DNA of 64,000 nt from Candidatus Binatia bacterium (lineage in GTDB: Bacteria > Desulfobacterota > Binatia > HRBIN30), in contig JBBRSP010000003.1 in the NCBI GenBank assembly GCA_038245295.1, forward strand, positions 320,001 to 384,000. Reading direction: 5' to 3'. Below are positions 9,835-21,200 of this stretch, piece by piece (the stretch's first letter is position 1; each line of letters begins with the position of its first letter). The notes under the pieces are model-generated. The model was not told the DNA's origin. It saw nothing but the letters and a program-made list of their open reading frames with translations, and did no database searches. The position numbers and the translations under genes were made by a program.

Positions 9835-10560
9835 TCAGAAGGTGACCTGCAGTGCCAGGCCCGTGCCGTTTGGCGCAACGTGCCACGCCACGGGTTGCGG
9901 CGCGCGCGCGAATCGGCGCTGATACTCCTCCCAATCGTTGGCCGGCCACCAGGGTTGGCTCCACAGGGCTACCTCGCCAACCGCGATTCCGATTCCGGCC
10001 GAGCGCCAAGCACGCGTGCGATCGTCAAAACCCTTCCAGACAATGAGGGCGCCGGCGGTGTTGATGCCGACGTTCAGGGCATGGCGCAGCCAATTGAACC
10101 GGTTGTCGGAAACATCGGCGTTGGTCTGCAACTGCGTCTCGGCAAGCGCCAGTTGGGCGCGCCGTTCGGCCGGGGTCTTGCCGGGCAGGGCGCGGACCGA
10201 ATCGGCGCCATCTTTCGCTGCGAGCGGACGCAGCAGGAGTCCGGTTACGCCACCCGCCGCTTTGACGGCGCTGACGATGTAGTCGGCGCGTTCACCCTTG
10301 GTGTCGGAGAGGCCCGCCCGGACACTTTGGACGACGACGCCGGTTCCATAGAAGGCGGTCCAGCCGTGCCACCAGTACCAGGCATAGTCGCGACCCGAGT
10401 CGAGATGCTCCTCGAGAAAGGCCAGTCGGCGGTCGACCTCCGAGTCGCTCATCTGCTCGACGTGCGCCAGAATGTTTGGCGCCTCCGCGGCAAACGAACC
10501 GAGAGGAGCGAGCAGTAGCAAGACGTAGAGGAGCGACGGCGTCAGACGTTTCAACATCAT
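9835..10560 (-). CDS. Hypothetical exported/membrane protein
   Basis: Signal peptide, several hydrophobic segments and a C-terminal alternating strand ending in Phe (LALQVTF); ATGA coupling. Confidence 0.7.
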   Translation of the reverse strand: MMLKRLTPSLLYVLLLLAPLGSFAAEAPNILAHVEQMSDSEVDRRLAFLEEHLDSGRDYAWYWWHGWTAFYGTGVVVQSVRAGLSDTKGERADYIVSAVKAAGGVTGLLLRPLAAKDGADSVRALPGKTPAERRAQLALAETQLQTNADVSDNRFNWLRHALNVGINTAGALIVWKGFDDRTRAWRSAGIGIAVGEVALWSQPWWPANDWEEYQRRFARAPQPVAWHVAPNGTGLALQVTF

Positions 10561-11969
10561 TCTCCCATGCGGCGTGGGCTGCGAGCGAAGACGCCCACCG
10601 AGGGTGGGTCGCCTTTGCGCGGGTCGTAGACACGCTGCATGAGGATGCGCGTGCGGAAGGCCGGCTGCGAAGCGATCGGTTGTAGATCGATCGATAAGGC
10701 CGGCGATGTCGGCGTTTGGTTGGAAAGAGTCGTCGACTCGTCGAAATGCCGGCCGGCCGCTACCGCACAGGCAAGCCACGCGATGACGACCAGCAGACTG
10801 ATTACGGCCAAAGCCTGGACCGAGTCGGCCAGCAACCAGGTCGTCGACGCAAGGATTAGCAGCGAGCTGAGCCCCTTGGCAAAGCGCATCAGGAACATGT
10901 CGATGAACGCTTTGGCCTGATACTTCGTCGCCTCGTCGGTGGGCGTGTAAAGGACTTCCTTGGCCGCCTGATTGAGCGAGTAGCTCAGCGCCGCATCACT
11001 GAAGAAGGCGGTGGCAATCACGGCAAACAGAGGCATCACCAGGAACGAGGCGCTGCCGAGAGCGAGACACACGGGCAGGATGAGCAGCCCGACGCGAGGC
11101 CCCCAACGGCGCAGGACGGCGGTGGTGACGACGAATTGCACGATTGCCGAGACGACAATGGCGGCTGTGCTGAAACGTCCGAGGAAGGCTGCCATCGCGG
11201 CCTCGTCGGTGAAGCGCAAGGCGACGAACGTGTTGAACTGGTAATCGATGATGTTGGAGACGATCTCGTAGAGGATTACGATCAGGGCGATCGAGGTCAG
11301 ATAGCTCGATCGGAACGTCAGCCGGGCGCCGTTGACGGCGTCTTTCAGCGCCGACTCGGGGCGCGCCACGGTGGCGACAGCCGCGTCGCTGTGGTGCGCC
11401 ACCCAGCGCGCCGCGCCGGCGATGCCGAGAAGTAAGGCGACACAGACGAGGAGCAGGTTTGCCGGGCCAAGATTCTGGGCGCCAAAGCCGGTCAATCCAC
11501 TCCCGAGAGCTCCGCCGATGATGCCGCCGGCGCCGATGAAACCGTAGTCGCGCCGCGCTTGCTCCGGCGAAGTCACGTCGTTGGCGAAGCTCCAAAACAG
11601 AGCGACCATTACGGAGTTGAAGATGTCGACGTAGAAGAAATAGACGTACTGCATCCACGTGCCGCTGCCGAAGGTGAACTTCCACCAGAAGAACAGCGAA
11701 CCCAGGCTGAAGGTCACCACACAGAAATAGACGATATGCTCGCGGCGAAACCGCGCGGCCAGGCTGGAATAGAGGAGTACGACCGGCAGCATGAGGGCTG
11801 CCGTTCCTAGCTTTACCCACGGCAACCCTCTGGGACCAACCGTGGTGAGGAAGTGCGAGGTGCGAATCGGCTTCTGAATCCAGAACGCCGCGATGACGAG
11901 CAAAAAAAAGACAAACAGACCGACGATGCGCGCCCGCTCTCGTCGACGTTCATCGAGAGTCCCCACCAT
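10557..11969 (-). CDS. Stand-alone NTT/Npt-family nucleotide transporter
   Basis: About 12 TM; KPIRTSHFL, FWSFANDV..QARR and YSLNQAAKEVLYTP..KYQAKAFID motifs. Confidence 0.85.
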   Translation of the reverse strand: MVGTLDERRRERARIVGLFVFFLLVIAAFWIQKPIRTSHFLTTVGPRGLPWVKLGTAALMLPVVLLYSSLAARFRREHIVYFCVVTFSLGSLFFWWKFTFGSGTWMQYVYFFYVDIFNSVMVALFWSFANDVTSPEQARRDYGFIGAGGIIGGALGSGLTGFGAQNLGPANLLLVCVALLLGIAGAARWVAHHSDAAVATVARPESALKDAVNGARLTFRSSYLTSIALIVILYEIVSNIIDYQFNTFVALRFTDEAAMAAFLGRFSTAAIVVSAIVQFVVTTAVLRRWGPRVGLLILPVCLALGSASFLVMPLFAVIATAFFSDAALSYSLNQAAKEVLYTPTDEATKYQAKAFIDMFLMRFAKGLSSLLILASTTWLLADSVQALAVISLLVVIAWLACAVAAGRHFDESTTLSNQTPTSPALSIDLQPIASQPAFRTRILMQRVYDPRKGDPPSVGVFARSPRRMGE

Positions 11970-11983
11970 TTGGCGGTAAGAGG

Positions 11984-11999
11984 AGCAACGCTTGTGCCC
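11984..11999 (-). promoter_or_regulatory. Sigma54-like -24/-12 promoter of the NTT operon
   Basis: Minus strand GGGCACAAGCGTTGCT, i.e. GG-N10-GC with GGCAC..TTGC, ending about 15 nt before ATG 11969. Confidence 0.5.
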
Positions 12000-12228
12000 G
12001 CAGCGCGATAACCGGGGTTGCACAGGAAAGCGAAGTCAGGGGCCGAGACCCGGGGTAAGGTTTACAGACGTTGTGGAGGAGTTCGCCCGCCAGGCTTCGG
12101 CGAACGCAGTTAGAGACTAGCGAGCGTTACCCAGGCCATCCCGTGAAACGGCGGCCGAGCCTCCCAATCACGCGTATTGAGGACGAAACGAAGCGCACGG
12201 AGCGGCACCTGCCGGTACCAAGAATTTC

Positions 12229-12617
12229 GGTAGCGGGTCCGGTTGATTTCCAAGGGTAGGCAACGTCATTCCGGCGAAAGAGTATGTCGATTTACTCGGG
12301 AACCATATGTTTTGAAACCGAGCAGACCTATCCGTCATATCGGCGGAAGAGACGGTCCATTTTCTCTGATTCATCGTTTGAAACTACGCAAACACCTCCG
12401 TCATACCGGCGAAAGCCGGGGTATCTCCCCATCGTGTTTGGCCTTCCACTCGAGGAGATCCCGGCTTCCGCCGGGATGACGTTGCTTCATTTTGGTTTTA
12501 CGACAGTCTCGAAAGCCGGGATCTCCTCAAGCGGAAGCCTGGAAAGGCCGGCGAGATTCCGGCGTTCGCCGGAATGACGAATCCTCGCCGCCTCGGTTTT
12601 CAAATGAACCCATTACC
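12229..12617. mobile_element. Outer REP-cored miniature element with IS1-like imperfect terminal inverted repeats
   Basis: Ends GGTAGCGGGTCCGGTTGA / GGTAATGGGTTCATTTGA; internal GTCATTCCGGCGAAA..GCCGGAATGAC palindromes; no target duplication seen. Confidence 0.5.
12280..12510. mobile_element. MITE copy A (GAGACTGTCG-type ends) inserted in a REP hairpin loop
   Basis: TIR GAGTATGTCG / CGACAGTCTC; 4-bp duplication GAAA at 12276-12279 and 12511-12514. Confidence 0.8.
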
Positions 12618-14418
12618 AGGAGTCCCCGCTGCCGAAAATGCACTGACCGGGCGGCGGGTGCCCGTGCAGTTTGCGCTGGTCTTGACGCCGCTCGGTTATG
12701 CGAGCCTCGGTTATGCAATCGTCAAACACGACCTGTGGGACATCGACCGCATCGTGCGTCGCACCTTTGCCTACGTTTTGGTGAGCATGATCGTTCTGGC
12801 AGGGTATGCCGGACTTCTCGAAGCGTCTCTTCGTTGGATGCCGGCGATTGGAAGTGAGGGGCAGACTCTCCTCGGAATGGGCTTCGTTCTGGCCCTTGCC
12901 GTGTTTCTCGATCCCTTGCGTGGCGCCGTGCAATCGGTCGTGGACTCGGCGTTTTTTCGCCGACGGTTGGACTATCGTGCGACGATCCGTGAGCTGAGCG
13001 CGGTGATGACGACGTTGTTGGACCTGCGCGAGATCATCGCGCAGGTCACGCGCGTCGTGACCGACGGCATGCAGCTCGAGTCGATGACCACCGGCCTGAC
13101 GGCCGAGCATGGACGAAGTGTGGTGTGGCAACGCTCGGCAGAGGGGGAACTACAATCGAGCGACGCCGGGCGTGAGGTTGTAGCCCTGGCCGGTGCGGCG
13201 ATTCAAGCGCCGATCGCGGACGTGCGCGCCGTGACGGGTCAGATCGATGATCCCGTCGAGCGAGCGGCGGCGCAGGCTCTGATTGTCGCGACCCGGGCGC
13301 AGCTGGTGATTCCGGTGAGCTTTCAAGGAACGTCGATCGGCGTGCTGCTCCTCGGCTCGCGGCGCTCCGGCTTGCCGCTGGAATCAGAGGCGATTGATCT
13401 GCTGCGGACCCTCGCGGATCAGAGCGCCATTGCGGTCCAGAACGCCCACGCACACGCGGCGCTGGAGGCGCTGAATCGCGACCTCGATGCGCAGGTGCGG
13501 GTGCGTACCCGTGAGCTGCGCGAAGCATACGATGAGTTGAAGAGCGCCCAGGCGCAGCTCATCCAATCTGAAAAGATGGCGTCACTCGGTCAACTGGTGG
13601 CGGGAGTCGCACACGAGCTCAACAACCCGGCCAGTTTCTTGTACGCCGGCCTCGAGAACATCGAGGAAAGTGTCGGCCGTTTACGCACCGTGTTGCAGGC
13701 GTATGAGGCGATTCCGGTCAGCGACCCGGCTGTGCGGGCTCACCTCGACGATGTTCGCGAGCGCGAACAACTCGCCTCCGTTTTGCAGGAACTTCCGGGG
13801 TTACTGAGTATCAGTGGGGAAGGGTTGGATCGGATCAAACGCATCGTCGACGACCTGCGCGTCTTCGCGCGCGCCGATAGCGGCGAGCGCGTTCGCACGG
13901 ACGTCGTGAAAGGGATCGAAGCCAGTTTGCGACTCCTGGGAAATCAGCTGTCGCGATCGCGCATCCGGGTTGTGGTGGAAGCCGAGCCGCAGCTGCCCAC
14001 TATCGAGGCCAATGCGTCACAGCTCAATCAGGTCTGGATGAATCTGTTGTCGAACGCCATTGATGCCGTGTCGGAACGCCGCGAGCCCGAGATTCGGGTC
14101 GGCGTCCGGCTTATCGCTGTGCAAGATTCGGCGCGCGTGCTGGAGGTGGAGATCAAGGACAATGGGCGTGGCGTCGAGGCGACTCATCTACGGCGCTTGT
14201 TCGAGCCGTTCTTTACTACGAAGCCGATTGGTCAAGGCACCGGGCTCGGCCTCAGCATCGCGTACGGCGCTGTCAAAGCGCATGGCGGGACGATTGAGAT
14301 CGAGAGTGAACCGGGCGGCGGGACCCGCGTCAGCGTGCGGCTCCCCGCCGAAGAGCCGACGCCACCCCCCACGCCAGAGGCGAGAAGGGTGGCGGAAGCG
14401 GTTAGGCGTGAAGCCTAG
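12574..14418 (+). CDS. Membrane GAF + HisKA + HATPase histidine kinase (NtrB-like), apparently N-terminally truncated
   Basis: EKMASLGQLVAGVAHELNNP H-box, NLLSNA, DNGRG, FEPFFTTK and GTGLGL; only about 3 TM remain, and the available ATGs lie inside the MITE. Confidence 0.85.
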   Translation: MTNPRRLGFQMNPLPGVPAAENALTGRRVPVQFALVLTPLGYASLGYAIVKHDLWDIDRIVRRTFAYVLVSMIVLAGYAGLLEASLRWMPAIGSEGQTLLGMGFVLALAVFLDPLRGAVQSVVDSAFFRRRLDYRATIRELSAVMTTLLDLREIIAQVTRVVTDGMQLESMTTGLTAEHGRSVVWQRSAEGELQSSDAGREVVALAGAAIQAPIADVRAVTGQIDDPVERAAAQALIVATRAQLVIPVSFQGTSIGVLLLGSRRSGLPLESEAIDLLRTLADQSAIAVQNAHAHAALEALNRDLDAQVRVRTRELREAYDELKSAQAQLIQSEKMASLGQLVAGVAHELNNPASFLYAGLENIEESVGRLRTVLQAYEAIPVSDPAVRAHLDDVREREQLASVLQELPGLLSISGEGLDRIKRIVDDLRVFARADSGERVRTDVVKGIEASLRLLGNQLSRSRIRVVVEAEPQLPTIEANASQLNQVWMNLLSNAIDAVSERREPEIRVGVRLIAVQDSARVLEVEIKDNGRGVEATHLRRLFEPFFTTKPIGQGTGLGLSIAYGAVKAHGGTIEIESEPGGGTRVSVRLPAEEPTPPPTPEARRVAEAVRREA

Positions 14419-14906
14419 CGACAAGCGGTTCCGACGTTGGCCCAGTCGCCGTCGGCACACAGGAACGTCACGCCGGCTTTACAAACGGTCGAGTTGCTGG
14501 CGACGGTGACGTCGTTGAGCATGCACGTACGCGTGCCGCCGACGGCTCGCATCGGCACATCACCGACGGTACACGTCAGGCCGGTACTGATCCAAGCACC
14601 GTCGTCACAGCGCTTCTGCGTGCCAGCCTGGCAGCTCGATGAACCCGGCGAGTAGCTGATGCCGGAGAGGATACAGGCTGGGGCGATAGCCTTGGCGGAG
14701 ACATCGTCGCAGGCGCGGCTGAGCGATTCCCACTTGCCGTCGTCACAGCGGTGCAGTGTGCCTGCCTGGCACATGCTGCCACCGTCGGAGGAGGTGCTTC
14801 CCTTGTATACGCAGGAGCTACCCGCCATCGCACTCGTGCAGGCGGTGCTGCTGATCGTCAAGGCGGCTGCGAGGACCAAGCCTCGGATTCCCAGTGTCTT
14901 CATCAT
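14415..14906 (-). CDS. Small exported Cys-rich protein with three DUF1496-like repeats
   Basis: Signal peptide plus 3x C-x-(Y/L)-x-G..S.G..C.AG....C.DG.W...C; RBS AGGAG. Confidence 0.7.
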   Translation of the reverse strand: MMKTLGIRGLVLAAALTISSTACTSAMAGSSCVYKGSTSSDGGSMCQAGTLHRCDDGKWESLSRACDDVSAKAIAPACILSGISYSPGSSSCQAGTQKRCDDGAWISTGLTCTVGDVPMRAVGGTRTCMLNDVTVASNSTVCKAGVTFLCADGDWANVGTACR

Positions 14907-15212
14907 GATGCGTCTCCTTTTGCTCTGTTGACCGGCGTCCGCGGCAACCGTTGCCGTGTTGGCGGAGTCAGTGACCGCGCCCGCGAATTCCAATGGATGC
15001 GTGTGCCGGTCGTTTGGTTGCTGGTGTTGTAACTACGCGAGTCGGGGAGGCGGCGTAATCTCGGAGTACTACGCGCGTGGTTCTACGGCAGCTTCAACTC
15101 GGCATCAGCGTGCGCTGCCCATCTAGAACGAACCACTCCCCCAGCCTGCAGTGCAGGCGTGGGGGACTGGGGAGTGCAATCAGTGTGGGTGAGAGCCGAG
15201 CGAAGCGGTGTC

Positions 15213-18200
15213 TCACCTGCACTGGAGCGTTGTCGTGGTGATGCCCGTGCGCAGCTGGCAGACGGAGAATAGAATATCCAACACGTAGCCGTCGCTGTCC
15301 GCCACGCGTACCCGAAGGGGCGCCGTCAACGTCGGCGCTTCCGGCGTCGGGAGCTTGAAGTTGATCTTCCCACGCAGCGTGGTGATGCCGTCCCGCCCGT
15401 AGACGAAGTGCATGCGATCGACGTGGACGACGTCATCATTGGTAAAGCAGTACGAGTCCACCCCGCCCGGGCAGGATCCCTGATTCAGCGGAAGTAGCTC
15501 CAGGGTCTCCTCCAGCGTACCGCCCTGGCTGTCGCTGATCGTCAGGGTGACAGGCGCGATCGTCATCGGGCCGGTCCAAGATGTGTCGAAGCAGCCTGGT
15601 GGCGCGACGCATCGGGTCGCCGAGAAGATGACCTTGGCATGGAGCGGATCTCGGTTTGACCACAGCAACTTGAACTTCCGGTTGCCTCCACACGGCTCCG
15701 GGGTTCCGGGCGGCCGTCGGGTGCGCGTCGGGGGTGGGGTGAATGTCGATGCCCGGGTTGGGGTACTGCGGACTCCCGTTGGGGTACGTGTGGGAATCGG
15801 CGTCACGTCGGTTCCGGGGCGGGTGCGCGTCGGCGTCGCTGAAGGCACGGGTGTGAGCGGGGTGGCCGTCGGTGTCGGGCCAACACCGGAAACGGACGTT
15901 GGATCGGTCGCCGTGTTGTTCGAGATGTTCCCGTCGCCATCCGTCGTCACGCTCGCCACATTGATAGAGATCGGCGACGCCGAGCTGTCGACGCGGACGA
16001 CGAGCAGGATGGAGCTGATGGAGCCCGGGGGCAACGGTGCCGTGCGTACGCACGTCATGGTCTGCGATGCGCCCGAGCACGCGAAAGCTCCACCGCTGGC
16101 CGACACGTAAGAGAATCCCGTTGGTAAGGTGTCGATTACCGTTATGGTGCCGGTCGTCGCGAGGCTGCCGACGTTGGTCACGGTCAGGGTGTAGGTTCCG
16201 TTCTGCCCTGGTGCGAATGTCCCGGAATGCTGCTTCCGGATGGCCAAGTCGATCGCCAGGGCCTGTATTGTGTAGGCGGTGCTGTCGGTGGCTGTGTTGC
16301 CGACTCGATCAGTGACCGTCGCCGTATTGGTGATGCGGGTACCGGCGGCGACGGCGTTGTCGATATCGACGTCAAACGTGACCGTTGCCACCTGGCCGGC
16401 TGCCATCGTGCCGAGGTTTACCGAGACGGGAGACTCCGAGACCACGGCGCCCTGACTCGTGATCACGCTGCCCGGCACGATCGTCGTGTTCGCCGGAGCT
16501 GGATCGGTGAGGAAGACGTCGATGGCCATCGCCGAGCCGGTGTTCTGCACCGTCATCTTGTAGCGCACGCGCTCGCCACCATTCGGACCGCCGCTGTTGT
16601 TGTTGTCGCCGATCAGTTGATAGGTCTTGTCGAGAATCAGTCGCGGTGTGCCAACCGAACCCGGCGGCAGGGAGTCGATGCACGTTGGCTGCACGCCGTC
16701 CGCGATGCTGGGGTTGTTGTCTGTGAGACTTGGGCTGGTCTGTAGCGAGTCACCACTGCCCTGGTTGCAGATAGTCCCGGTCCCGGTGACTGTGCCGATC
16801 ACCGTGATCGTGACCGACGCGTTCGGCAGCAGAGTGCCAATGTCGCCGATGAAGATCGTGTTCGAGGGGGGCGGCGCTGTTCCCTGTGTAGTGCTGATTG
16901 CGGTCACGGCGATACTCGACGGCACGGTGTCGTTGAAGACGACGTTAGTAAGTATCGACGCGCCGGTATTCTTAAGCGTGATGAGATAACGAATCACGTC
17001 GCCCGGATTGATCGTGCCGACGGGTGGAACCGTGTCACTGACAATTTCGACATACTTTTCGGCACGCAGGCGGTGCGCCGGGATCCCCTGGCCGGTGATG
17101 ACGTCGGTGGGCTGGTCGCCGTTCTTGTCGTTGCCGTCCACGTCGGTGGGCTCCGGCACGGTCTGGTTCGAATCGACGCTGCCCTGGTTCGAAATCACGA
17201 CGCCATGGGCCGTCCCGGCGAGGACGCGAGCCTCGAACGTAATGCTGACGGTCTGACCGGTGGTCATCGACCCGACATTGACGCGCAACGTCGGGCGACC
17301 GGAGTCGTTGGTCGTTCCTTGCGTTGAGGACAGAGTGCCGTTCACGTATGTCGTTTGGATCGGCACTGTATCGGTAAACACTACGCCGGTTACCGGGGCG
17401 GACGTGTTTATGAGCGTCACGGTGTACTGAAGGATGTCGCCCGGGTAGACCTCGCCGCCGTTCAGGTCGATGACGGTCTTGGTCGCGTCGATGAAGGCAT
17501 TCTCGTTTGGAGTGACGGTGGCGCTGCTGCCGCTCGTGTAGTCGTTTAGCCCGCCTATACCGTCCCCGCCGTTGCGTCCGTTGTCCGGCGCTCCGGTCGC
17601 CCCAGGTATGCCTGCCCAGGTCAGCGCGACGTTGTTGGTGAGCGGCGCCCCAATCTGTGCTCCCAGATCGATGGTTGCCTGGTAGGTGAACGTGGTGTTG
17701 CCGGCGAGCAGTGTCAGGGCCGAAATGCGGAACTGCAGGTTCTGTCCAGCCGCCGTTACGTCGGCCGCGGGCAACGTCGCCGAACCGGGTACGTAGGTGA
17801 GCCCGGGGGGCAGGACATCGTTCAATACGAGATCGTATGCATCCGCCGTGCTGCTCGGCGCATGGCGGACTTGCACCGTGTAGGTGACGATGTCGCCAAG
17901 CGACTGTGAGACCGGATCGGCACTTTTCAGGACTTCAAGGACGGGCTCGATGAGGCTGATCGGCACGCCTTGGAAGCCCGGGGTGCCGGCGTCATGGTCG
18001 AAGTTGAGAGTGGTGGAGCCGTACTGCACGGTGAGCGATGAGCCATTAGCCTGCTCGCCGTTGCGTAGAATCGTACCGCTCTGGTTCGCCAGGATGTTGT
18101 CGACGCGGGCCGTCAGCGTAATTGCGACGAAGTCGTCACTCGAGCTGGAATTGCCGGGATCAATGACGTTGCCGAAGTTGAACTGCACCGTTTGGCCGCT

Positions 18201-21200
18201 TCCCAGTCTCGTGTTGTAGCTGGCGTTGCCGGCCGTCATGCCCAGGTTGCCGAACGCGATGCTGTGACTGACGTATGTTAGCCCGGCCGGCAGGACATCG
18301 GTGACAATCATCCCCGGGGTCGTACCTTCAACCACGGAGACACGGATATTGTAGGAGACATTCTGGCCGACCGTATACACGGAAGGCGATACGGTCTTGT
18401 CGATGGCGATAGGCGCAGCGATCGTTAGCGCCTGGCTCGCCTGTTCGGCGTAATTGTTCAGCGTCGTATTATTGTCGTCGTCGACGGTCGCCGGGCCGCT
18501 GCTGTTGTCGCGCCCACCGCCTACCAGACTTGTGTAGTTTGCACGCGTCGCGTTGTTTAACACCTGGCCCGGGACGACCGTGTTCATGACGACGGAATCG
18601 AAATCGATCTGGAGTGTGGTCCCAGGGGCCATCTGCAACAGCGGCAGGGACACAGTGTCATTGGTGTTGCTGGTTGTTGAGACGATGGAGTGGGTCGAGT
18701 TTACCGGAGTATTGGTAGCGTTGAGAAATACGTTGCCGCCGCTCGGCGTCACGACGACGTTGCTGAGCTGGTAGAGGCCATTCGGCATCACGTCATTCCA
18801 GTTCAGGCGGTACGCTGTCGTGTGCCCGACGTTCTGTAGAATGACTCGCCAGCTCACCGTATCGCCGGCGTCGGCATTCGTCGCGCCGGCAAGCACCTGC
18901 TTTTGCATCTCGAGATTCGGTTCCCCGACACGCACCGGCAGATCGTTGGTCACAGGACCAAGGGCGATCGGCGTCCCCGTCGCGGCATTGACGAAGTTCA
19001 GGCTCGCCGTGTTGGGGAGGTAGATGTTGTCCTGGTTGCCAATCACGTTTCGAACGGTCGTCGTATACGCAATCTGGATGTTGCCGGCCGTCGGCACGGT
19101 GATGTTGCCGAAGTTGAACGTCAGGTTGTTCCCCACCAGGGTGAAGAAGGCGGCATTGCCCTCGGAGAGCGGCGCGTTTGCCGCCACCGCACCAACCGGT
19201 AGGGTGACGACCAGGGAGCCGGCATTGAAGCTCAACCCGGCGGGTAGGACGTCGGTGATGACGAAGTTGCTTGCGGAGCCAACCGGCGCGCCGACCGAGA
19301 TACGAAATTGCGGCGTTTCCCCGATGGCATAGTACGGTTGCGGGTTCAGTGTCGTCTTAGTCAGCGTCGGCACGCCGACGGTCACAGCGGCCGGATCCGA
19401 GGCGGTTAGATCGTTGGCCCCGCCGGTGGCTGTGCGCTCTCCGGTTGTCGACCCCGGGGCACCTGGCGTTGCGTTGCCGGTGCCGTTCGAGCCAGGGAGA
19501 CTCGACGCATTGACGGTGGCGATGTTGGGCACCGTCTGCCCGAATTGCGCCAGCGGCCCGAGAACGGCGGTGTACGTGATGGTCACCGACTCGCCCGGAT
19601 CGAGTTGGTCGATCGTCCCGCTCAGGAGGTTGCCGACGAAGGCCGCGCCGGCCGTTGCCCCTGTGGCCCCGACGTTGACGCTGGTTACCAGCGGCGAGAC
19701 GTATTGTACGGGTAGGGTGTCGCTGATCGTCCAGTCGAACCCACTAGCTGCATTGGTGCCGCTGGCGGAATTAGTGACCACCAACGTGAAAGCAATCGTG
19801 TCCCCGCCGGTCGCCGATGTCGGGTTGGCGGTCTTGTCGACGCTCACTACCGGCTCGGCAATGTGGGTAAGGCGGGGGGTGGAGTCGACTTGTTGACTGA
19901 CTCCGCCGGCGTTGAGGAAATGCAGACGTCCAATGTTGGACAGCGACGTGCCGGCATTGTTGGTGACGCTGTTGTCAACCACGACGCGCAGGGTGAGCAA
20001 GTACTGTTCGGCCGTCGTGTTGTCCATGTCGGCGTTCACGACATTGCCCAAAGTCAAACTAACCTCGCCCGTACTGCCCGTCAGCGTCACCGCCACAGGG
20101 CTCCCCGGCGAATTCGAGTTGATCGATCCAGGATCTGCGGCGCTGGTTAGAAGCAGCGAAGTACGGTCGAGCCTCGCCGAACCGGACACCAAGGTTGTGC
20201 CGGCTGGCAGAACGTCCGCCAAGATGACCCCATTCGTTATTCCTTCGGGGACGGTGAAGGTGACGCGGTAGGTTACTACCTCACCGATGGCGACAGGCGG
20301 GTTGCCGTTGATCCCCAGGTCGCCCGGGTCGGTTGAGTTCTCCGACGTGGCAACGATGCTCTTGCTCACCCCGGCGTTGGGGATCGACACGTTGGCGCTG
20401 CCGGCATTGGTCGTCGCGCGTTGCTGCGCCACGACCCCGCTCTGACTGTCACCGGTCACCGACGCGGTGTTCTGGTAGGTGGTGCCCGTCACGACATCCG
20501 GACGTACTCGCGCCGTGAATGTGAACGAACGCGAGCCTCCCGGCGCAATGAATGACGCCGGCAACATCGCGTAGGTGACTGTCGGGCTGGCGTAGCTAAA
20601 CGCGAAGTCGACGGGTGTCGAACCGGCGTTGACCGAGACGACCGGCGTCAGATCGAAAAGGCTGGACGGCAGGGGGTCGGCCAGGACAACATCGTACGCG
20701 GGAGCCGTTCCCGTATTGTTGGCAACGAGGGTGATCGTGACCACGTCGCCCGCATCGGGATTCGCCGGCGCCATGGCCTTCGACAGCGTCAATCGCGGTT
20801 GCAGAAACGTGGTCGAGGCCGTCGAACTGAGCGGACCGCCTGGGTTCCCGGTAAAGTTGAGACGTCCCGTATTGGTCTTGGTCTGAGCCGGTATGCCGTT
20901 GTTCTGTGCCGTATCTAGGACCAGGGCCTGCAGCGTTACGGTGAAGGTATTGGTCGCGCCGTTGTTGTCGGCGGTGACATCGGTCGTCCCGAAGGTCAGA
21001 GTAATCGTCTGGCCTGTCGCCGGAGCACCGGCGACGCCGACCGTCGGGGCCAAATTGAGAGACCCGTTAAATGTCCCCGGCAGGACCAGGACTGAACCGG
21101 GGATGAACTGGAAGCCCGTTGGCAGGATGTCGCTCAGGACGAGGCCTGGAGTGCGCCCCTCCGGCAGGGTGACGGCCAGCGCGTAGGTTATGACATCGCC

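Noticed and set aside
12264..12580. Repeated palindromes as a CRISPR array
   Set aside because: The units are inverted, irregularly spaced and bounded by TIRs with target duplications; no cas genes are in the window
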